In this document: positions 1-7,573 of the stretch, piece after piece | How positions within the stretch are numbered: position 1 is the stretch's first letter | How the letters are laid out: each line of letters starts with the position of its first letter | From: Candidatus Taenariivivens baikalensis | GTDB lineage: Bacteria; Omnitrophota; Omnitrophia; Omnitrophales; Aquincolibacteriaceae | DNA length: 63,939 nt | Reading direction: 5' to 3' | Assembly: GCA_009691445.1 (NCBI GenBank) | Contig: SICL01000008.1 | Span: 1 to 63,939, forward strand | Position numbers and translations under genes: made by a program | The notes under the pieces: model-generated | What the model saw: the letters and a program-made list of their open reading frames with translations, nothing else | Databases searched by the model: none | Told to the model about the DNA's origin: nothing

Positions 1-3000
1 ATGGATTTGCCACAGCCACACTTAACCTTACTTCGGAGCGGCGGGTGGATTTAGGATGACGATGACGAATGTTAGGGACAAGATGAATGAACCCTCCTCC
101 TTTTCGAACGACTGGGGTAACACCTAAGCTTGGTTTTGGTGAACGGTGAAAAAGCTGAAAGATAAAACCAGAAATGTTATACCAATAAAACCAGATCCCG
201 TAGAAAATCGGCACCAGGAAGGCCCACGCAAATACAAACATACCGACTTTCAATAAAGTAAAATGCGGCTGAAAAAGATTGTCTTCAAGCCTCTCAGCCA
301 GAATCGCTCCATTCTGCGGAACAACCTTCAGGGCTCTTAGATACTCGTGTGCAAAAGGATAGGATCCCTTCCAAAGATTTCTTACCCAGTGAAAAAAATT
401 ACCGGCGGGAGCATCCCAAAGCACATTTCCCAAGGCAGTTTCTGAAGGAAGAGAATACTGATCAATGATGTCGGCACACGCAGCAAGCAGCAGCCCCTTC
501 AATCCGGAGAATTCAGCGTCACTACGAATCACAATCACGAACCGGCCGCCTATTTCAAGAGGCCCTTCTCCATAAATCTTGACGATTTTCGTCCCATCGA
601 TTAACGCTTTCTGATCTTCTTCTGAAACAGAAAAACGAGCGCGATTCTCAAGAATGGTAAAGGCCCGGGGAACAAGCTGCCTCAGGGTTTCCAGGGACAA
701 TCGATACTGGAGAGGACTTTCCAATATATAAGGATCCAAATCCTGGGGAGGACTTTTTCCCCACGCGGCTTGCAAAGCATCTTCAAAACGTCTGAACCGA
801 TTCAACATTTCCGGATCATGAAAAATCCACTGGGCATAAAAATCACTTTCCGGAGATCTCTGATACCGGTTACTTGAAGACGGCTTTGCTTTCCAAACAT
901 ACGTATCCTGAAAAACAGAAGGGACCTTAAAAGGCGCTTGCTGAACTGCCGGAGTTACACTTTCCGGTTTCACCGCCGCGGGAAGATTGGTTTTCAGCAA
1001 TGATTGAGGAATGGGCAGAGTTGCACTTTTTTGAGGAACAGCTGCAGAGCTTGAAACCACTGCAATCGCAAGAATAAGCATTTTGATCAATGAAGGATTT
1101 CGCAGTTCGGATCTTGGAACAAGCAACTCCGCGTTAACCATCGTTGGAGTGGTTGAAGGTTTCAGGAGGTTTAAAATATTCTGTTCGGTGAGTTGATTGC
1201 GCGAATGAAGAAGCTTGAGGCCTGCAACGAACTGCTCAGCCTGGCGAAGCATAGTGCTAAGAGCATAGGGCATAGAGTTTTCAGACCCTTTGCTCCCCGC
1301 CTGCCGCTTCGCTTCGGCGGGCAGGTCTGCGCTTTGCTCTATGCTCAGCTCGTCAATGAATCTCGTGTATTCGTGGGCGTGAGTGAGTTCGTTCTTTGCG
1401 GCGAGGTCGCGGATGATTTGGTCTCTCCAGAGCTTCGCCAGTTGGAAGTTCGAAGTTGGAAGTTGGACGAGTTGATCTCCGTCTATCTCTTCTAACTTCG
1501 AACTTCTAACATCTAACTTCAGGAGTTGGTCGCGTGTTGCTCTCACAAACGCATCATAAAGATTCACTTTCCCGTCCTTCACCTCAAAATAATTCTTCCA
1601 CGACACATTGCCTTTCATGTGTTCACGGTAATTCGTTTGCTCCGGAATCGTCGTCATCTTCGGCGTAATGATTGCGTACGAGATTCCCTGGGCTTTGAGT
1701 TTTGCCGCGAGGCCCTGGGTGTGGAAACCGCCAGCTACAATAACCGTAGGCAGGAGGCCGTCGGCAGAAAGCAGTAAAGAAAATGCCTTTTCTCTGGATT
1801 CGGCATTACGGTAAAATGCTAAATGATCCTGGAAAGCAGAAAAATGAAAGCTGCTTACTGCCTTCTGCATACTGCTTACTGCTTTCACCTCTTCCCACTC
1901 TTCCCTCGTCAGCTCAAGCTTCACCAGTTTAGTGAGTAGCTGAAGCTGATGCGTTTGACGGTCAAGCTCGCGCTGTCCGGCATTTTCAAACAGCGATTCT
2001 TTGACGTCCTTGATATAAATTTCAAGTTCCCGGAATAATTCTGTCCCTTCAATCTGATTAAGCGTCTCTTCATGACTGACCCGTTTCAGGAGTTGATCCG
2101 ATACCTTCATGGAGAATCTCTGCTTCATATATAAAGCAAACGCTTGCGGGGTGATCTCGGAGGTGTTGAATTGCTGGAGTTTGGCGTGGAACTCCTGCAA
2201 GTCCATAGTCGACGGTCCATGGTCCACAGTTACAAGATCTTTGTTTTTTCTGCCGACTGTCGACTGCCGACTGTGGACTAAGCGCAAAGCGCGTTCTGCT
2301 TCCTTCGCAAGCTTTCTCACTTCAATAACAATTGCCGGACGGCTTTTCCCCTCTTCCTGCATTTCTTCCAAAAGAACCTGGAGCTGGGTTCCTTTTTCCG
2401 GCTCTCGAATTTTGGACAGAAGAAAAAGAACATCTTTCAGGTTCGCGTGATTTTCATGGAATGCTTCAAGGCCTTCATCTATGACAAGCAATGACTTGGG
2501 GTAGGCACTTTTCTTCTCTTCCCTCAGTGCTTCCTGCATACTGCTTACTGCCTTCTGAAGTTCTTCTTCCTTCCCCATCGCTTCTTGATAAAATCCCAAA
2601 CCAGCTTCGTAGAGAGGCCAGTCTTCCATACCTGAAAATTCAGCATGGTGCATGGGGCTCGGGGCATGGGAATTGACTCCTTGCTCCTTGCTCCCTGCTC
2701 CTTGCCTAAAAATCGCTGCCCCAGTCCCGCCCGTTAATTCCCCGCGATCGTAATATGCCTCAAACACTTCTCGCAATCTCTTTTGATTCGGAAAGCTCTG
2801 GAAGATTTGAGAATCCAGTTTCGAACTTGCCCCTTCCAGCTTCACACTCCGTACCCCGTACTCTGCGCTCAGGTACTCAATCAATTTCTCAATATTTCTC
2901 TGAGCCTCAGGGATTTCGTGTGCGTCTTGGATGAGGAAAATAGGAGCCCCTTCCTTACCATGGAAAATGTCCTGGATATGGCCCAAATTTTTCGGAACCT

Positions 3001-3151
3001 GAACCGTGGTAAGATTTGTAAGTATTTGGGTCCTGGAATTAAGGGACTCTGGAGATGCCTTTGCTGCGTAAAGAGACGGAAGTGTATTCTGGGAAAATGA
3101 AAGAGTGAATACAATCGCCCAGGCCGTTATTTTTTTGATAGGATTTTTCAT
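1..3151 (-). CDS. Large secreted/membrane protein with its 3' end beyond the window. It is absent from the supplied ORF track because it has no in-window stop. Tentative TIKI/ChaN/TraB-like domain.
   Basis: Manual minus-strand translation from the ATG at 3151-3149 stays open for 1050 codons to the window edge. It starts with a signal-like MKNPIKKITAWAIVFTLSFS. Two His motifs, IFLIQDAHEIPEAQRNIEKLIEYL and TVIVAGGFHTQGLAAKLKAQGISYAIITP, resemble the ChaN/TraB/TIKI superfamily. Hydrophobic segments LIKMLILAIAVVSS and VGMFVFAWAFLVPIFYGIWFYWY follow. The + strand here has only short shadow ORFs. Confidence 0.75.
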   Translation of the reverse strand, partial: MKNPIKKITAWAIVFTLSFSQNTLPSLYAAKASPESLNSRTQILTNLTTVQVPKNLGHIQDIFHGKEGAPIFLIQDAHEIPEAQRNIEKLIEYLSAEYGVRSVKLEGASSKLDSQIFQSFPNQKRLREVFEAYYDRGELTGGTGAAIFRQGAGSKEQGVNSHAPSPMHHAEFSGMEDWPLYEAGLGFYQEAMGKEEELQKAVSSMQEALREEKKSAYPKSLLVIDEGLEAFHENHANLKDVLFLLSKIREPEKGTQLQVLLEEMQEEGKSRPAIVIEVRKLAKEAERALRLVHSRQSTVGRKNKDLVTVDHGPSTMDLQEFHAKLQQFNTSEITPQAFALYMKQRFSMKVSDQLLKRVSHEETLNQIEGTELFRELEIYIKDVKESLFENAGQRELDRQTHQLQLLTKLVKLELTREEWEEVKAVSSMQKAVSSFHFSAFQDHLAFYRNAESREKAFSLLLSADGLLPTVIVAGGFHTQGLAAKLKAQGISYAIITPKMTTIPEQTNYREHMKGNVSWKNYFEVKDGKVNLYDAFVRATRDQLLKLDVRSSKLEEIDGDQLVQLPTSNFQLAKLWRDQIIRDLAAKNELTHAHEYTRFIDELSIEQSADLPAEAKRQAGSKGSENSMPYALSTMLRQAEQFVAGLKLLHSRNQLTEQNILNLLKPSTTPTMVNAELLVPRSELRNPSLIKMLILAIAVVSSSAAVPQKSATLPIPQSLLKTNLPAAVKPESVTPAVQQAPFKVPSVFQDTYVWKAKPSSSNRYQRSPESDFYAQWIFHDPEMLNRFRRFEDALQAAWGKSPPQDLDPYILESPLQYRLSLETLRQLVPRAFTILENRARFSVSEEDQKALIDGTKIVKIYGEGPLEIGGRFVIVIRSDAEFSGLKGLLLAACADIIDQYSLPSETALGNVLWDAPAGNFFHWVRNLWKGSYPFAHEYLRALKVVPQNGAILAERLEDNLFQPHFTLLKVGMFVFAWAFLVPIFYGIWFYWYNISGFIFQLFHRSPKPSLGVTPVVRKGGGFIHLVPNIRHRHPKSTRRSEVRLSVAVANP

Positions 3152-3294
3152 AGGTTATATTGCCTTATTATAATACTTAATAAAAGTATTAAGTCTATAG
3201 TTTAAACGACCAATTCTATTCTTGCAAATTCACCCCGCTCGCCATGATGAAATGGACGTTAAAAACGATTAACTTATGGCAATTTATAACTTCC

Positions 3295-3359
3295 GGACAA
3301 GTGTCCGTGCCGGGCACATTAGAAAAAGATTTTACACTGCCTGGCACGGACACTTGTCC
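3295..3359. repeat. 21-bp inverted repeat (20/21 match) with a 23-nt loop, just upstream of the aminotransferase start
   Basis: ggacaagtgtccgtgccgggc (3295-3315) pairs with gcctggcacggacacttgtcc (3339-3359); the reverse complement differs at one base. Confidence 0.8.
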
Positions 3360-3391
3360 AAAACCCGTAGAACCTTTATGATCCGCAGCAT

Positions 3392-4573
3392 ATGAAATCA
3401 CCCGACTTTGCAAACCGAGCCAACTGGGAACAAACGGCTAATCTTTTTCACCGCAAGTGCACGGAACTTCGTCAAAAAGGTACGGAGCTTCTTGATCTGA
3501 CCGTTTCTAATCCCACTCAATGCGGTTTTGAATATTTGAATCCAGCTCTGCTGGCTCCGCTCCAAAATCAAAGCAATCTTGAATACACTCCAGATCCACG
3601 AGGACTTTTATCCTGCCGCGCGGCGATTGCTTCTTATTACAAGGTAAAAGGAATTCAGGTTGAACCCAGCCAGATTTTTGTCACGGCCAATACCAGCGAG
3701 GCCTACTCCTTTGTTTTTAAACTTCTTCTGGATCCCGGAGATTCTATGCTGGCTCCGGAGCCCAGTTATCCGCTCATCGACTACCTAGCATCCCTGAATG
3801 ACATTGAAATCGCCAGATACTCCCTAGATCCCGCTCAAAAATGGAAAATGAAACTGGAAGGCCTCCAAAAGGAAATTTCCAAAGCGGATAAAGCCCTTCT
3901 GCTTGTTCATCCCAATAATCCCACAGGAAATTATGTGTCGGATGAAGAAAGGCAGGCCGTCAACAAACTTGCCCGAGAAAATGGCTGGAGTTTGATCGTG
4001 GATGAGGTCTTTTTGGATTATTCTTTGAAAGATTCCACGCTAAAAAATGGAAGCTTCGCGGGAAATAAAGAAGCGCTGACCTTTACCTTAAGCGGGATTT
4101 CAAAAATCCTGGGACTTCCTCAAATGAAACTCTCCTGGATTGTCGTAAGCGGTCCCGAAAAAGAAAGCCTGGAAGCCTTGAGCCGGCTTGAAATCCTGGC
4201 GGACACGTATCTTTCTGCGAGCACGCCGTCCCAAAATGCACTACCCGCCTGGCTAGAACGAACGGATGAAATTCAAAAGGAAATTCTTACCCGTGTTCAG
4301 AATAATTACGAATGGTTTGAGAAAGAATATCAAAATAGCCGCTTCCCTGGGAATCCGCCGGAAATCGAGGGTGGCTGGTGCCTGCCCATCAAACTGCCTT
4401 CCACCCTTTCGGATGAAGCCTGGGCCCTGCATTTTCTCGAAGAGAGCCACGCAATTGTTCATCCAGGATATCTCTATGATTTTTCCGAAGGATCATGGAT
4501 CGTGGTGAGTCTGCTCGTACCGCCAAGAATTTTTCAGGAAGGCATCGGACGAATTTTTAAAACGATTCGTTAA
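3392..4573 (+). CDS. PLP-dependent aminotransferase, class I/II
   Basis: 393-aa ORF with HPNNPTGNY and SGISKILGLPQMKLSW (candidate PLP lysine); length and layout are typical of AlaC/AspC-like enzymes. Confidence 0.8.
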   Translation: MKSPDFANRANWEQTANLFHRKCTELRQKGTELLDLTVSNPTQCGFEYLNPALLAPLQNQSNLEYTPDPRGLLSCRAAIASYYKVKGIQVEPSQIFVTANTSEAYSFVFKLLLDPGDSMLAPEPSYPLIDYLASLNDIEIARYSLDPAQKWKMKLEGLQKEISKADKALLLVHPNNPTGNYVSDEERQAVNKLARENGWSLIVDEVFLDYSLKDSTLKNGSFAGNKEALTFTLSGISKILGLPQMKLSWIVVSGPEKESLEALSRLEILADTYLSASTPSQNALPAWLERTDEIQKEILTRVQNNYEWFEKEYQNSRFPGNPPEIEGGWCLPIKLPSTLSDEAWALHFLEESHAIVHPGYLYDFSEGSWIVVSLLVPPRIFQEGIGRIFKTIR

Positions 4574-4608
4574 GAGTTCAAAGAGAACCGTCCCTTGCCT
4601 CATCCCGA

Positions 4609-5931
4609 TTAAATCCAGCTCTTGAACCACATATGCTGGTTGAAAAAAGATTCGGAAATGGGAAAACCGGTCAGCAGTGGATACCAATAAAGGAACATTC
4701 CAAAAACGCAAAGAAGATAAATCAAAACTAATCGCGGGCCTTGGGGCTTCCACTCCCAAAGACGGTCCAAAAGCACAGCAATGGCCATCACGGCAAAGGG
4801 CAGTGCGGTATAAAAATAATGGAAGAAGGTCACACGCCGGACCGGAACCCACTGCAGCCACTCAGAAAAAAATCCAACCAGGATAAACGCAAAAAAACAG
4901 AACTGCGATTCTAGAGAAGGCCACCGACTTCTTTTTTTGAAAAATTGCACTCCGACAAATCCTATCCCCGCCGGGATCCCCCAGAAGATCAAAGGATTCC
5001 CAATGGAAAGAATCCCCTGCACCAGTTTTGGACCTGCCGTAGAAGCAGCCTCGTAATAATACCAAATCGGTCTTAGAAGAAACGGCCAGCCCCACCACTT
5101 CGAGGCATAAGTGTGTCCCGCCGTTAAATGTAGATGATAATCCACAAAATGCTTTTGCATCGCCCACAGGGATGAAAAGCCGTATCCCCGGATCGAAGGC
5201 AGAATCAGGAAAGGAATCCAATAAATAAGAAATGCCGGCAGGAATAAATAAAGAAATGTGTCCGTCAGAATGGGTCCCCTTTTGGCTGGCTGGCGCCACG
5301 CGAGAAGATAAGGCACAAGGAGCAGCGCAGGTGTGCTAAGCGCCACAATCCTTGTGGCAACGCCAAGCCCAAAACAAATCCCGGACCAGAAAAAAGCCCG
5401 GCGCCTTGTCCACACATCCAAAACCGAGTGTTGAAGGAGACAGTAAACTGAAAGCAGCATCCAGAAAAGCATGAAGGCATTGAGCATTCCGATCCTGGCC
5501 TGACTCATGGCCAGCCCGTCCAAAAAAAATAAAACTGCCGCAAAAAATGCGACGCGAGTCCGACGCCCCTCACCCTCCCCTCTCCCCGTGGGAGAGAGAC
5601 AGGGTGAGGGGACAAAAGCTTCTGTAATCTTGTAAATTAATGCAAGGCATCCGAATCCTGAAAAAAGAGACACGAGCCGCCAAACCCAGGAGAGATTGCC
5701 GAATAAAAAAATGAAAAGCGACATCAGCAGCATCGCAAGCGGGGGATGGGAAGTTTCTGTGTAGCCGCTTAATTGCAAAATTTGTTGCGCGGTTTTGACC
5801 TGATAGACTTCGTCGTAATGCATAGTAGGGGGGAATCCCAAGCGCGCCCCGTAAATGAGGAGATAAACTCCGCCAGCCAAAACCCAGCCCATGCAGGGAT
5901 ATTGTTTGAAAATTTTTACGATTAGACTCAC
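4609..5931 (-). CDS. Polytopic glycosyltransferase family 39 (PMT/ArnT-like, lipid-carrier dependent)
   Basis: 440-aa multi-TM ORF. The N-terminal HYDEVYQVKTAQQIL...ETSHPPLAMLL matches the DE...HPPL loop of PMT-family enzymes. It contains an in-frame GC-rich hairpin at 5566-5611. Confidence 0.7.
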   Translation of the reverse strand: MSLIVKIFKQYPCMGWVLAGGVYLLIYGARLGFPPTMHYDEVYQVKTAQQILQLSGYTETSHPPLAMLLMSLFIFLFGNLSWVWRLVSLFSGFGCLALIYKITEAFVPSPCLSPTGRGEGEGRRTRVAFFAAVLFFLDGLAMSQARIGMLNAFMLFWMLLSVYCLLQHSVLDVWTRRRAFFWSGICFGLGVATRIVALSTPALLLVPYLLAWRQPAKRGPILTDTFLYLFLPAFLIYWIPFLILPSIRGYGFSSLWAMQKHFVDYHLHLTAGHTYASKWWGWPFLLRPIWYYYEAASTAGPKLVQGILSIGNPLIFWGIPAGIGFVGVQFFKKRSRWPSLESQFCFFAFILVGFFSEWLQWVPVRRVTFFHYFYTALPFAVMAIAVLLDRLWEWKPQGPRLVLIYLLCVFGMFLYWYPLLTGFPISESFFNQHMWFKSWI

Positions 5932-5961
5932 GATATTATGTTCACATCAGCGATCATCGGG

Positions 5962-6669
5962 TTAAGCTTGATTCATAAGTTGCTGGGCCAAACGATGGAG
6001 TTCGTCACTGGCTAGAGCCCTTAACCTTTTTTTAAGCACGCGAGAAAAATACTCGCGTTCGGTTTTGGTCAAAGACTCTTGCCCAAGACGTTTTCTCAAA
6101 AGCAATTTTTGCCGCGGTGTAAAAACCTCTGAAAGAAGCAGTTCAAATTCCAAATCATGTTTCTTTTTTTCCAGATCGGCATCCTTTGGGGATGTCTTCA
6201 TTTGTACCCAGTACGTATGAAAAGTATTTTTAAATCTCTCCACGGAAAACGTCTCACTTCCAACTTTCAGTGCTTCCGATTCTGCAAACAGCGCCTGAAC
6301 ATTTTCCAAAACCTGCTCGCCGTCTGGGAATTTAAAAAGCATTTCCAAAACACGGGATTTACAGCCCTGGGTCAACCCTTCGGTTTGAAACAAGAGATAA
6401 CTCAGCGCGAGGAAATGGAGCAGTCTCTTTTGCGCTTTCCCGGATAAACTCCCTAACCCCTGAGCGGATGTTCCCCAGTCGAATGTCTCTTGCTCTTGCA
6501 GCATATGAGCCAAAACCACAGGAAATCCTTCCAATAAGCGGAAATCATCCTGTTCCAAAAGACTTTTTATCACCAATTCAGGTTGCGTTGGAGGCTTGAG
6601 CAATGGATAGCCATACGCCGCCAAGCTTTCACACAACTGATCTTTTGTCATTTCTCCGTTAGGCGCCAT
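5962..6669 (-). CDS. Hypothetical protein with an HTH-like C-terminus, partner of the upstream nucleotidyltransferase
   Basis: 235-aa ORF 20 nt downstream of the 6690-7265 gene. The C-terminal FTPRQKLLLRKRLGQESLTKTEREYFSRVLKKRL resembles sigma-region-4/LuxR-type HTH. An RFKNTFH (R-x5-H) stretch is present. Confidence 0.5.
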   Translation of the reverse strand: MAPNGEMTKDQLCESLAAYGYPLLKPPTQPELVIKSLLEQDDFRLLEGFPVVLAHMLQEQETFDWGTSAQGLGSLSGKAQKRLLHFLALSYLLFQTEGLTQGCKSRVLEMLFKFPDGEQVLENVQALFAESEALKVGSETFSVERFKNTFHTYWVQMKTSPKDADLEKKKHDLEFELLLSEVFTPRQKLLLRKRLGQESLTKTEREYFSRVLKKRLRALASDELHRLAQQLMNQA

Positions 6670-6689
6670 TTTCCCATCTCCTCTGACTC

Positions 6690-7265
6690 TCAGGCCTGGA
6701 TTCGCTGTAAGAACAACTCTAAATTTCTTAGCACCTTGGCTTCGCCTGTCTCATACTTTGCAGTTTCCTGATACCGATCTACGAGCGCCTTCGTATCAAC
6801 CAGCTCCTTTTGAACTAGCAGCTGACAATCCTGAAAATCTACCTCGTGGCCACGAAATAATTTTGTGATAATTAAATCAATCGAATTCAGGACACCTAAA
6901 TATATTTTTTTGAACTCCCTGACCATTCTATTTAGTCCGGGTTTTAAAGGAGAATCCAAAAGGCTAGTGGTGTAAACTGAACTCCCCGGAAACAGATCAA
7001 ACAAAATCACTTCTCCCTGCCGTTTCCAGCGATGCGCACTGAGCTGTTCATAGCCCGCCTGCCTCAAAAAATAAACCAGCCGCTGGTACTCACTCTCTTC
7101 GGGAATAATAAAATCAACATCCACGGTCGAAGCTTTGTGTCCCAGCAAAGTTAAGGCAGTGCCACCGCAGGCTATTAAATGAATTTTGCCCCGTCCCGTC
7201 ATCAGCTCATCCCAGGCCATGAGAGTTCTTATTAATTCGTCAGCATTAATCCGGTATTCAAACAC
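6690..7265 (-). CDS. Pol-beta-fold nucleotidyltransferase domain protein (MNT/DUF6036-like)
   Basis: IHLIACGGTALTLLGHKASTVDVDFIIP fits the hG[GS]x9-13DxD nucleotidyltransferase signature. Confidence 0.6.
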   Translation of the reverse strand: MFEYRINADELIRTLMAWDELMTGRGKIHLIACGGTALTLLGHKASTVDVDFIIPEESEYQRLVYFLRQAGYEQLSAHRWKRQGEVILFDLFPGSSVYTTSLLDSPLKPGLNRMVREFKKIYLGVLNSIDLIITKLFRGHEVDFQDCQLLVQKELVDTKALVDRYQETAKYETGEAKVLRNLELFLQRIQA

Positions 7266-7332
7266 CTTGAACCCCTCTTCTCTATTACAAAGGTACCCTT
7301 AAATATCGGATTTGTCAATTTTTTTGTATTTT

Positions 7333-7354
7333 TTAATACAATAAATTGTATTAA
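7333..7354. promoter_or_regulatory. Perfect 10-nt inverted repeat with a 2-nt spacer in an AT-rich divergent intergenic region; candidate operator
   Basis: ttaatacaat-aa-attgtattaa lies between the divergent starts at 7265 (-) and 7574 (+). Confidence 0.4.
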
Positions 7355-7573
7355 TTAGACATATTATTTGCACTAATAAATACAAACGCTGACTTACTGG
7401 CCTACGTTGCTGAGATGAGCCCCTTCATAATACTCATGATCTGATCCGTCAAAAAGACTGCCGGATCAAATGAACACAGTTTGCTGTGCTCATTTGACAA
7501 AGCTATGGAGCTGTGGCATCTATTAACTTAGGGAATCATAAGCGCTAAGGACTTACCAGAAAGGATTAATAAG

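Noticed and set aside
1249-2706. Heptamer tracts considered as a degenerate CRISPR array
   Set aside because: The units are 7 nt, contiguous and without spacers. They differ between loci, lie inside an open reading frame, and no cas genes are present.
1193-3114. Several 60-113-aa ORFs from the track (both strands)
   Set aside because: All lie within the uninterrupted 1050-codon minus-strand frame, and several merely translate the heptamer tracts.
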